IMG/VR virus record: IMGVR_UViG_3300026518_000011
Location: 9,929 to 73,928 of that record
Strand: one strand, 5' to 3'
DNA: 64,000 nt
Source: a virus
Shown here: in pieces, positions 49,518 to 58,374 of the stretch
How positions within the stretch are numbered: the first letter of the stretch is position 1
How the letters are laid out: each line of letters begins with the position of its first letter
Program-made: the position numbers and the translations under genes
The notes under the pieces: generated by a model
Seen by the model: only the letters and a program-made list of their open reading frames with translations
Told to the model about the DNA's origin: nothing
Database searches by the model: none

Positions 49518-50606
49518 TTAGAGTTCCTTCATTGGGCGCTCTTCATCATCCCCACCGATGGATACATCATCCATCGGGTCATCACCCATTGCGTCCATCG
49601 GGGATTTCATATCATCCCCGCCCATGGACATGGATGGCCCACCACCAGTAATATCGTTAGTAGCATTTGACAATGCGGCTTTAAGGTCTGTTAGCGCGGT
49701 GACTGCGGAATTCAGGGGTTCTCCCAGTGCCTGTTGGAGTGGCTCAATAACACCCTCATCGCCCGCAACTTTGGCTTGAGCCATAACTTCAATACCACTA
49801 CTGGACAATTTGGCCAGATTGGAAATCATACTATCGACTTGACCGGACATTTCCTGAGCAGCAGAAACCATTTCAAATTGGTCCATACTACCCTCATCAA
49901 ATTCTCGCAGGATTTTAGTAAATTGGCGCTGCATACCTTGGATATGATTCATTTTTGTATCCTCACGACTTTCGATCATTAATTTGAGTTTTTCTGGGGC
50001 GTCCATTTCCCACGCCCATGGCCCCTCCCACCGATCATCACAGTAGGATTCAATGCGGCTGAGTGCTCCATCAGAAGACTCAGTGATATGTTGGAATGAA
50101 ATTTCATTCAGTGCATCACTACGACCATCTGCCATACCGATGTAAATATTACGGAAATCATCTTCCGTCCCATACCGGAGAACCTGTGAGGCTTTCATTA
50201 CTGGGGCAGATTCCATAAACGGCAACCATCCAGTAAATTTTGCCCCCATGAAGATGGCCTTTTTACCTTCCACCAAAGACCCATACCGGGTTACGTCAGT
50301 GTAATAGGTTGAACCCACGACCAATCGCTCTTTGTCCATCTTATCTTTTTTTTCATTCATTACGGTGCGAATGGCTTCAAGAATCAAAGACTCTTTGACA
50401 AATTGCTCATCACTCAGCCATGACCCATATCGGCCAGTTTTCATCAGATCAATGGACTCCTGCCGGTTACGCGCATGAGCGGATAATCTATTGGTAGTCA
50501 TTGAGGCATATTGAGACAGATCGATTGAGCTATCGATATATGATAGATCAATCTGCAATTTATCCAGAATATGCTGGTTTGTTTCTTTTAAGTATGTCAG
50601 CGCCAT
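49518..50606 (-). CDS. prohead core/scaffold-like protein
   Basis: LKET, VKES, FMES, ITES, MIES, LREF motifs; acidic tail ending GGDDEERPMKE; late promoter. Confidence 0.55.
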   Translation of the reverse strand: MALTYLKETNQHILDKLQIDLSYIDSSIDLSQYASMTTNRLSAHARNRQESIDLMKTGRYGSWLSDEQFVKESLILEAIRTVMNEKKDKMDKERLVVGSTYYTDVTRYGSLVEGKKAIFMGAKFTGWLPFMESAPVMKASQVLRYGTEDDFRNIYIGMADGRSDALNEISFQHITESSDGALSRIESYCDDRWEGPWAWEMDAPEKLKLMIESREDTKMNHIQGMQRQFTKILREFDEGSMDQFEMVSAAQEMSGQVDSMISNLAKLSSSGIEVMAQAKVAGDEGVIEPLQQALGEPLNSAVTALTDLKAALSNATNDITGGGPSMSMGGDDMKSPMDAMGDDPMDDVSIGGDDEERPMKEL

Positions 50607-50635
50607 GCGTGTGGTCTCCGAAGGTTCATGGGTAT

Positions 50636-51421
50636 TTAGTCCAAACCGAGTTTGGCATTGACCTCTGATAGTTTAGCCTCACATATCGATACCTTATTGG
50701 CATTTCCCGCCCGTTTGGCCCATGTTTTTTCTTGCATCAATTTAACGTGGCGATCATAAAGACGGTCAATCATTCCGACTCGCGGATCATCAGGGTTTTG
50801 TGTGGCGGTGATCACTTTTGCAATTTTCTCTGCAACCGATGCGATGCGATATCTTTTTCCGGTGGTCATACCGGACAGTGAATCCTCCACAACAAATACA
50901 GGAACTCGTTTTCCATTACGCAATGTTGCTGATTTTTTAACAACCCCCCACCCATCTTGAACCATGGGTTGGTATGCGGCTTGCTCCATCATCATAGTAT
51001 CCGCATTAGGATTCATATATGCGTCATTAATCATATTGGCCGCACCCTGCTGGACCACATGACCCATAGCATGTTGCATCCGCATCAGGGATTTTGCGGA
51101 TTCTACTGCAACAGGGTCTTTATCAGCAAGCCCAATCGAACATAGATCGTTTAAATCTAATCCACCCATTTCTTCAATCGCCTGCGACAATTGTAGTGAT
51201 CGTCGGTTCTCTTGTGCTTCACGTAGTCGCACATCCTCAGGCGCAGCGCCGATTCCACCACCATATTTTCGCCCTTCATTCATCACCCCATCATTGATAT
51301 TACGGGTCTGTAGGCCCGTTTCGGAAATATCTCGCTGGGATTTATCCAATGTGGTAGATTGTGCAGTTCTAATCGCCTGTGCTGCTGACTGTTCCAGTAG
51401 TGCATCATAATCGTCTGACAT
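50636..51421 (-). CDS. head-associated hypothetical protein
   Basis: LLEQ, MNEG, LREA, AVES, MMEQ motifs. Confidence 0.55.
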   Translation of the reverse strand: MSDDYDALLEQSAAQAIRTAQSTTLDKSQRDISETGLQTRNINDGVMNEGRKYGGGIGAAPEDVRLREAQENRRSLQLSQAIEEMGGLDLNDLCSIGLADKDPVAVESAKSLMRMQHAMGHVVQQGAANMINDAYMNPNADTMMMEQAAYQPMVQDGWGVVKKSATLRNGKRVPVFVVEDSLSGMTTGKRYRIASVAEKIAKVITATQNPDDPRVGMIDRLYDRHVKLMQEKTWAKRAGNANKVSICEAKLSEVNAKLGLD

Positions 51422-51424
51422 AGT

Positions 51425-52021
51425 CTACATTCCTCTTGCTTTTTTCAACCGTTGATTCGCCTTGCGCACTTTTCGGGATACAATATTGGTTAATCTAGTT
51501 TTGCTTTTGGCCTTAGCCGTTTTTCCCTTAGTGGCTCGTTTAGATATAGCCATCTTCATCCGCTTTTCAACACTTGGATATTGTAAGCATTGATTAGGGT
51601 CCGAAACTTTTCGGCCATTCTTGGCACCACCCAGACATTTATACTTACGGGTGATTTTATTTGTCTTGGGATTACGGGAATAAATTGAAATAGCTGCCTC
51701 AGTAAATTTGGAGCGGTACGATACTAACAAGTTGAGATCGGTATTGGTGCTGTCCATCACCTTCACCTCTTCTGCAATCTGTTTCATCCAATTCAATATC
51801 ATGCGTTTGATAATCGGTATACCCATAGTTTCACTACTGGCGTTTTCGAACCCAGAAAATCGAATATGAAAATACCCATCTTGTTCTACTATATTCTTTA
51901 ATCTAATAGCATTAGGACTAGTCATGGTAGGGGATTGGGTTTGCATAGCAGAAACTTTATCTGGATCATTAACCATTCGCTTCCACGCTTTTGCAATCGT
52001 TTGAAAATTCAATTCATCCAT
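51425..52021 (-). CDS. late protein with very basic Cys-containing C-terminal domain
   Basis: FTEA then RKYKCLGG.K.GRKVSDP.QC...; TAAATA at 52042. Confidence 0.55.
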   Translation of the reverse strand: MDELNFQTIAKAWKRMVNDPDKVSAMQTQSPTMTSPNAIRLKNIVEQDGYFHIRFSGFENASSETMGIPIIKRMILNWMKQIAEEVKVMDSTNTDLNLLVSYRSKFTEAAISIYSRNPKTNKITRKYKCLGGAKNGRKVSDPNQCLQYPSVEKRMKMAISKRATKGKTAKAKSKTRLTNIVSRKVRKANQRLKKARGM

Positions 52022-52056
52022 ATCAATAATACCTCAATGAGTATTTACCTAAAACA

Positions 52057-52081
52057 ATGGGCGGGGTATTACCCCGCCCAT
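52057..52081 (-). terminator. intrinsic terminator
   Basis: atgggcggggta/taccccgcccat stem followed by TGTTTT on the minus strand. Confidence 0.75.
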
Positions 52082-52108
52082 AGAACCATTTACCAACTAT
52101 GTGTTGAA

Positions 52109-52747
52109 TTACTGACCGATGTAGGTAACACTCAGGCCGGATACGCCAACCCCGACGCCACCCCCGGCATTATCAAGGGCTGGAGCACCAGCGGTTGTTT
52201 GGCCATCAGGGAGCACGATTGCACCACCCGTGGATAGATCACCGAATGGACCAGTAACACCTGCATCATAGGTCACTGTAGACAACGAGTCAACCAATGC
52301 TTGTAGACCGGGTTTGGTTTTAACTGTAGTCATACCACCCACCCCAACGGTATCAGTGATATTGGTGGCCAGATGTTTGACCAGCGTGGTATTGGCAGGC
52401 CATGCATTATTGAAGAATTCGCCTGTAGAGTCTTGCTCATATGTGACGATAATTGCAGGCGCAAAGTTTGCAGTAGCACCAGCAGTGGCAAAACTGTCTG
52501 CGGCCAATTCTACACCAACTGGAATAGCATAAGCAGACAGGGCACGGACTACGCGATCAGTGCGGAGTTGGGCAAGCTCCTGATTGGCAGTTGGTGTGCC
52601 AGTCAGTTGACCATATTGTGGATATTGGCCGGAACGACCTTTGAACATCCCGAACAGAGCCGCATTGGCATCACCGGCATTGGTTGGCTCAATCCGAAAC
52701 CGAACAGTTCGGTTAGTATTTGCGGCATTTACATTGTATGTTGACAT
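52109..52747 (-). CDS. probable abundant virion protein
   Basis: Monocistronic late unit (promoter 52842, GGGAG RBS, terminator); Gly/Ala/Thr-rich. Confidence 0.55.
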   Translation of the reverse strand: MSTYNVNAANTNRTVRFRIEPTNAGDANAALFGMFKGRSGQYPQYGQLTGTPTANQELAQLRTDRVVRALSAYAIPVGVELAADSFATAGATANFAPAIIVTYEQDSTGEFFNNAWPANTTLVKHLATNITDTVGVGGMTTVKTKPGLQALVDSLSTVTYDAGVTGPFGDLSTGGAIVLPDGQTTAGAPALDNAGGGVGVGVSGLSVTYIGQ

Positions 52748-52908
52748 TAGTTGTCTCCCATTGGATAGGTATAATATTAAAATAGTGCCACTGCCATTAT
52801 ATCACACAAAGTATGGTCGAACTACACGGCGGCATCATTATTATTTAGCATGATTATGACAAAACGGGGGCCAAAATGGATAAGTGGGATAATATTTACC
52901 CCACTAGG

Positions 52909-53148
52909 TCATTTATCACGTTCAGTGTATTTGCGGTATATCCGTTTGAATTTTGAAAAATCATCATCCTTAATCGCACGAAACCACGCTTTCATCATTA
53001 AATCGAAGGATTTATCATCATCTCCCACTTCTTGGCGTAATAATTGTAGAAATCGGACCCCCACATTCAATGAGCTTTCGGCACGGGATTCAAGACCATT
53101 GCCAGAATAACGGGTGATTTCATCAAAGAGTGATTTTCTATTATCCAT
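52909..53148 (-). CDS. small hypothetical late protein
   Basis: ATG 6 nt after TAAATA (53155-53160). Confidence 0.6.
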   Translation of the reverse strand: MDNRKSLFDEITRYSGNGLESRAESSLNVGVRFLQLLRQEVGDDDKSFDLMMKAWFRAIKDDDFSKFKRIYRKYTERDK

Positions 53149-53164
53149 AATGGGTATTTAACTC

Positions 53165-53197
53165 ATACTATACCGGATTACAACCATCGGGACTTGC
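53165..53197. repeat. left direct repeat (att-like)
   Basis: Copy of the 3' end (KSRWL-stop) of gene 55381-55692. Confidence 0.9.
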
Positions 53198-53318
53198 CAC
53201 GTGCAAGAAATCCTTGGCCGCTATCCCACCGTGCAGCTCTGCTTGTTTCAGGTAGTCGCGAAACGCCCCCAAGGGACGCCTCTTGGTATTCCTTAATCTC
53301 AAAATTGACCGCAGCCAT
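53178..53318 (-). pseudogene. type III restriction (Res) subunit N-terminal remnant, frameshifted and truncated
   Basis: ATG 1 nt after the Mod stop: MAAVNFEIKEYQEASLG; removing one G from a G5 run gives AFRDYLKQAELHG, resembling Res N-termini (LK.YQ..AL..L..YL). Confidence 0.65.
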
Positions 53319-53319
53319 A

Positions 53320-55086
53320 TTATGCCCCCTCAATTTGATAGGGTATTTGCTTGAAGGTAACGCCAGCCTCTGCCAGTCGTTCCTTGTCCACGGTGCATCC
53401 TTCGCCATAGACAATCCAGCCGCCCTCAAACCCATCGGGGGGCGCTGGCAGTGCCGCCATTGTATCAGGCGTCAACACATTGCCAGACGCTTCCCGAGCA
53501 AAGCCGGGTTCAGCGGGGGAGAAAAGTAAATAGACCGCTTTGTCCTGATAGTGCCCCAAATAAGGGGAGTCCCCCAAGGCATTGGACGGGATTGGCACAC
53601 CGCATTCGGCAAAGAACACATGGGCGGCCAAGTCGGGGAAAGTCACACCGCCGTCGATATCACCAAATTCGTTGAAGAGTGGCACGCCAAGGCGGCAATA
53701 GCGGAAACCGCCGCCAAGCCCATCCACGGGTTTGGCAGGCTCGCCGCCTTTGTTATAGCCATGGATCACACGTTTTAGCCGTTCGGCAGTGATATCAGGG
53801 GCAATCTGTTCATCCATTTCCACAAGAATGAATTTGCGGTTGCCGCCATCTTGTTTGTTGAGGTCAAGAACAGCGTGGCCTGTGGTGCCAGAGCCGGCGA
53901 AGGAATCTAGGATTAGGTCGTTAGGACTCGTCGCAACTTGAATGAGGTAAGAGATCAATTGTTTTGGCTTGGGATACGTGAACGATAGCCCCATGTCTTC
54001 GATTTCAGATCGCATCTTTTCTGTGGTGCTGAACCCGCGAAGCACTGAAAGAATGTTTCGAGTGGTTTTTGGCTTGTCTTTTCGGTAATAAATCACTCCG
54101 CCAGAAGACAAATAAAATGTCATTGTAGAACCGTCGGATTCCTTAATCGGTAAACAGCCGTTGTCTATAAATGCTTTCAACTTTTTAACATTTGCCCATC
54201 CTGAATAGACGCGGCATCGAGCAGTTAACGCGCCATCTCTGGCTACCATCTTGTCAAAGCGAAGTGGAAAACTAATCCCAGGAAAACGACGTTTTAGAGG
54301 ATTGCTTGACATACCCTCAACCATCGCTTCGATCAGCCCGTCCGGCACCAAGGACACGTCCAAATACAATTCAGCTGATTGAACTGGGAACCCAACTGGT
54401 AACACAACTTCACTAGGTGGGTTTGCCTTCCCGTTTTTAGTTATCGAATTCTCAGCGAACCCAGCCCATACATTGCTTTCTTCGCGAGTATTTGGGTCGA
54501 TTACATATCCAAACTCGGCATCAACTGGATTTTTCGCATAGCACAACACATACTCGTGGTTCACTTTGACAGCGTGCTGGTTACCCGTATGCCCATCGGT
54601 ATTCCAAATAAAATTGGTGACAAAACCGCGACGTCCAAAAATTTCATCCAGAATCGAACGAAGCGATTGTGACTCATTGTCGTCATGGCTTATTAAAATC
54701 AGGCCATCTTCACGGAGGAATTCTCGCAGCAATCGCAGGCGAGGATACATCATGCACAACCATTTGTCATGACGTGACAAATCTTCCCCTTCTTTCATTA
54801 CCTCTTTGTCTAACCATGCTCTTATTTCTGGTGAATTGACGTTGTCATTATATGACCAGTTTTCGTTACCAGTGTTATAGGGTGGGTCGATATAGATGCA
54901 TTTCACCTTGCCCGCGTAATAGGGCAACAGGGCTTTCAGCGCCTCAAGGTTGTCGCCCTGCACCAGCAGATTGCCCGCATCGGCGTCCCCTGTAGACAGG
55001 TCGCCATCACAATGCACCAACCGATACGGCACTTCGCGGTGATGATTAACGACGGCTTTCTTACCGATCCAGTCTAACGTGGGCAT
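53320..55086 (-). CDS. mod: type III R-M Mod subunit, beta-class N6-adenine DNA methyltransferase
   Basis: MPTLDWIGK, NLLVQGDNLEAL, YIDPPYNTG, WLCMMYPRL, YPKP..LI, ILDSFAGSGTTGHA, GGGFRY, FKQIPY. Confidence 0.93.
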   Translation of the reverse strand: MPTLDWIGKKAVVNHHREVPYRLVHCDGDLSTGDADAGNLLVQGDNLEALKALLPYYAGKVKCIYIDPPYNTGNENWSYNDNVNSPEIRAWLDKEVMKEGEDLSRHDKWLCMMYPRLRLLREFLREDGLILISHDDNESQSLRSILDEIFGRRGFVTNFIWNTDGHTGNQHAVKVNHEYVLCYAKNPVDAEFGYVIDPNTREESNVWAGFAENSITKNGKANPPSEVVLPVGFPVQSAELYLDVSLVPDGLIEAMVEGMSSNPLKRRFPGISFPLRFDKMVARDGALTARCRVYSGWANVKKLKAFIDNGCLPIKESDGSTMTFYLSSGGVIYYRKDKPKTTRNILSVLRGFSTTEKMRSEIEDMGLSFTYPKPKQLISYLIQVATSPNDLILDSFAGSGTTGHAVLDLNKQDGGNRKFILVEMDEQIAPDITAERLKRVIHGYNKGGEPAKPVDGLGGGFRYCRLGVPLFNEFGDIDGGVTFPDLAAHVFFAECGVPIPSNALGDSPYLGHYQDKAVYLLFSPAEPGFAREASGNVLTPDTMAALPAPPDGFEGGWIVYGEGCTVDKERLAEAGVTFKQIPYQIEGA

Positions 55087-55271
55087 GAGCGCAAATCACC
55101 TTCTTCAATATGAAACCACTTGAAATCCCTACGCCCGTTCCAAATGTCAAACCTTTCTAGTGCAGATATTTCTCGATCTAAAGACTTTTCAGAAAGCTGG
55201 CATGCATATTTTCGATACTCCAGAAAACGGCGTTTCAGGCGTTCATTTTTCTCATTCGGGCGCTTGCTCAT
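55074..55271 (-). pseudogene. tyrosine integrase N-terminal remnant (about 57 codons)
   Basis: NEKNERLKRRFLEY.K....SEKS.D....AL.RF.......DFK.FHIE resembles N-termini of alphaproteobacterial integrases; no catalytic domain; GGAG RBS. Confidence 0.65.
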
Positions 55272-55367
55272 TTTGATCTCCTATCATGCAAGATATTGGG
55301 GAATTGTTGCGACTACTTGGGTTGGTGCCCCAAGCGGAAAAACAAGGGGGTTATGTCCGCCATTATA

Positions 55368-55400
55368 ATACTATACTGGATTACAACCATCGGGACTTGC
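55368..55400. repeat. right direct repeat (att-like)
   Basis: Overlaps the last codons and stop of 55381-55692. Confidence 0.9.
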
Positions 55401-55692
55401 GCCCAAATCGATACTCTTTACCATCCCGACGTTTTACCATGAAGAGGCTTTTGATATGCTCAGGGAATGTGGCAAACGCCTCTTCATCAAACATCATGTC
55501 CAAATCCAACAAAAATTGGACCAATGTCCTCATGGAATTTGATTCGTCTGGCAATGGCAGCATTTCATTCCGATCAGTGACAAACACCCGACGTAGTATC
55601 TCTACTAATACTGTATTCAACTGATCTTGAGTCATATGTTCGGTTGGTACGAATTTCATACCCTTTGTGAACATTTTGTGATTACTACTCAT
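55381..55692 (-). CDS. hypothetical protein; its 3' end is the insertion target
   Basis: ATGA overlap with the helicase; ends RFGRKSRWL. Confidence 0.65.
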   Translation of the reverse strand: MSSNHKMFTKGMKFVPTEHMTQDQLNTVLVEILRRVFVTDRNEMLPLPDESNSMRTLVQFLLDLDMMFDEEAFATFPEHIKSLFMVKRRDGKEYRFGRKSRWL

Positions 55693-57269
55693 CGTGTTTT
55701 TCCTCTCGATAATTTTTCACGTATTTTATTTGACATTTCTGCACTTTTTTTACCCGCTGCCGATTGTCTATCAGCACGTGCCTTAAACAATGGATCATTA
55801 GATTTTGATTTATTGCCCTTGGGTTTATCATCATCCCCGCCATCAGGACTATTAGCTTCAACAAACAGGTCACGCATATCTTCAGGGGTTGACATCCGCA
55901 TGGTCTTGCCATTCCATCTAATTGGAACACGAGTTCCTTGGCCACCACCCCGCCCTTTCTCAATATACCCCCAGCACATGTCATCCTGCATATCCTCACG
56001 AGACCGTTTGAGAATAAGCAAATTATCACTAGTGTTGACTTTTCCTACACCCCCAGCTACCCCGGACTGTCTTGGGTCTTTCTCGTCCTTTGCTCCCTTA
56101 ACCTGCTGTGCTGCACCCCAGATGGTCTTAGGGGTGCGCTTATCATGGGCATAGTCATATATCTCCACTGACACGGCCTGATCCTTCAGGTGGATGTTAT
56201 CGGGACGAATACCCGGTGTTGCAGGAGACATCAAGTCAGGATAATCTAACATTAGATGAGCAAATTCCAATCCGGTGGATGCCTCTAACTCATTCATGTA
56301 TGCCCGCACATCAGCAATAGTAGAGCCATTCATGGGCATACGCTTGACATGAATCTGCCCCTCTTTACGGGAATTTCGTTTTATCTGAGATACCACCGCA
56401 TCAATATTACGATAGATGCCATTAATATCGGTATTAGTCATCATTGCCGCAAAACGCTTCTCAATCATAAATTCAGGCAACTCTAGCGTGATATACACCA
56501 CATTAAATCCTTGGCGGGCATAATTCACTGCCAAATTTTGGAGACAAATAGACTTCCCCTGTCCAGATGCCGCTGACACAATATTGTAACTCGGGCACGT
56601 CACTCCACCAAATAATGCTTCATCCAAAAATGTAAATCCAGTAGGCAAGGCATCAGAATCTTCGGCAATCTGTAAGAGCTTAACCACATCAGCGTGGACC
56701 TCATATCCCAAATCCTGCATCACACTGATCTGAGAGATTCTCTCCATCTCCGAAGTCAAGTGTAGCATCGTGGCACGATCTCTATTACTGTCTAATAGCT
56801 CTGCTGATGATAGAAAAAAATCCTCTGTGGCCCTAAACCTACAGAATTCCTCAAATCTATTTGATATCTCATCAACAATAATCGGGTCCATGGCGTCTTC
56901 GGGAACGTCTAAGTGCAGACCGGTGTCCGCCATGACCAATAGTCTATTAGGTAATTGTTGATTCTTTTGTTCGAATTCCGTGACCATCTTGACCACGGGC
57001 TGCATAGTCTTTGAAAAATATTCAGGTTTGAGAATTGGGGCACACCGGACCCATAATTGGTGATTATTGCACAGATATGACATTAACATATGTTCGGTAG
57101 AGTCAACGGACCCGCTTGTGGACATACCCGTTTCAAAATCTACAGGCCCATATTCTAGGTCATCAGGCTCAACCCCCACCGATTCAGACTCGGGTAAAGA
57201 CATCGATATTTCACTGATATCAATCTCTTCATCTTCAAATTCATCCCAGTATACATCCTGTGCAGTCAT
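55689..57269 (-). CDS. replicative DNA helicase (DnaB/T4 gp41-like)
   Basis: PTGF..LD..L.GG, AASGQGKS, VYITLEL, LDYPDLM, AAQ; adjacent to the primase. Confidence 0.9.
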   Translation of the reverse strand: MTAQDVYWDEFEDEEIDISEISMSLPESESVGVEPDDLEYGPVDFETGMSTSGSVDSTEHMLMSYLCNNHQLWVRCAPILKPEYFSKTMQPVVKMVTEFEQKNQQLPNRLLVMADTGLHLDVPEDAMDPIIVDEISNRFEEFCRFRATEDFFLSSAELLDSNRDRATMLHLTSEMERISQISVMQDLGYEVHADVVKLLQIAEDSDALPTGFTFLDEALFGGVTCPSYNIVSAASGQGKSICLQNLAVNYARQGFNVVYITLELPEFMIEKRFAAMMTNTDINGIYRNIDAVVSQIKRNSRKEGQIHVKRMPMNGSTIADVRAYMNELEASTGLEFAHLMLDYPDLMSPATPGIRPDNIHLKDQAVSVEIYDYAHDKRTPKTIWGAAQQVKGAKDEKDPRQSGVAGGVGKVNTSDNLLILKRSREDMQDDMCWGYIEKGRGGGQGTRVPIRWNGKTMRMSTPEDMRDLFVEANSPDGGDDDKPKGNKSKSNDPLFKARADRQSAAGKKSAEMSNKIREKLSRGKTR

Positions 57270-58267
57270 TATGCGGACATCCTTGCACGGATTTTAGCAC
57301 GGCTATAATTGTTTGTCATAGATTCAGTAATAGCCTCGATTGTATTGAGTAATCCGATTCGGTGAATAGCCTCACCTGGGTCCTTATATTCCCAATCTGG
57401 TGCAGCTATCAACCAATTATTATCCTCAGCAGCGGTTATATAGGCACTAGCTTCGCCCGTGTGAAGGTCTGGAATCAAAACAGGTTGTCTATGCGTAGTA
57501 TTTAATAGATTTATTTGTCGTTTAGTAAGTCTATTATCCCTAGTAGCAATTCCTTGCATCAGGATTGCATCCAGTGGGGATTCCATCACATACAGATATT
57601 TTTGGTCATTTGCATTCATCAGATATTGATTGAACATGTAATCACTAGGAGATCGCTGGATGAATCGGCCATCACCAGACGCCACATCGATATGCCTACC
57701 AAGGTATCCAACTATCTGGTCATCATAATGAATATAGGGAATCAATAAATGTTCGGGATGTTTAGGTGACCACATAAACGGGAAATCAGATTCTAAAAAC
57801 AATGGGCTTCGTTCCCACAGATACGCCATTACTTCCTCTGCTGCACGACTGGATTCGGATGCATCGTCCAGTAGCATAACTCCCTTTGGGAGCTTAGTGT
57901 CAGGAAATTTAGTCACGATGGTTAATTTTGGCTTAACCACGGTATTGCCATCAGCATCAACCGTAGATTCCCGCCGCTTCATCATATCCTTAACCGGTAT
58001 GTCACGGATATCTCCGCCGAACATCTCAAACAGGTCCCTGACCCGCCCAACCAACCCATTGCCTTCTTCCCACCCAGTCGATTGGGAGTTATAAGGGCAT
58101 CCACCGTTGAAGCAGGAATATCGAAACCCCCCCGTAGGGGTAGGTGCAAACCCCCCACGCTTTCTTTTGTCTCCACATGCTGGGCAATCCACATTAATAA
58201 ACCCCCTCGCCATATAGTGGGGGCGAGAGAGTATTAGGGACTGGAAGTGTTCAAATATCTGACTCAT
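57269..58267 (-). CDS. DNA primase (T4 gp61-like)
   Basis: CPAC.D..KRGG...YSCFNGGC Zn finger; IPY...IVGYLGR; Toprim VMESPLDA, IPD, YKD. Confidence 0.85.
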   Translation of the reverse strand: MSQIFEHFQSLILSRPHYMARGFINVDCPACGDKRKRGGFAPTPTGGFRYSCFNGGCPYNSQSTGWEEGNGLVGRVRDLFEMFGGDIRDIPVKDMMKRRESTVDADGNTVVKPKLTIVTKFPDTKLPKGVMLLDDASESSRAAEEVMAYLWERSPLFLESDFPFMWSPKHPEHLLIPYIHYDDQIVGYLGRHIDVASGDGRFIQRSPSDYMFNQYLMNANDQKYLYVMESPLDAILMQGIATRDNRLTKRQINLLNTTHRQPVLIPDLHTGEASAYITAAEDNNWLIAAPDWEYKDPGEAIHRIGLLNTIEAITESMTNNYSRAKIRARMSA

Positions 58268-58374
58268 TCCCTAACATATGGCAATGATCAGCAAATTAGT
58301 CAATCCGCAATATGGATAATGTGGATTGTGAACTACCCAGTTGCATTAGCTACTGGGTTTTATTGGGCGCATAA

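Larger units (their letters stand above)
53165..55400. mobile_element. degenerate integrative element: integrase stub, type III Mod, Res stub, flanked by 33-bp direct repeats
   Basis: atactatacYggattacaaccatcgggacttgc at 53165-53197 and 55368-55400 (32/33 identical); bacterial-type cargo; visibly higher GC in parts. Confidence 0.8.

Noticed and set aside
53165-53197. att repeat as a tRNA/tmRNA 3' end or dif site
   Set aside because: No TTCGA T-loop, CCA end or XerC/D arms; it matches the 3' end of a protein gene
53178-53435. 85-aa ORF as a real gene
   Set aside because: A composite of an alternative mod frame, the frameshifted Res stub and the duplicated KSRWL repeat
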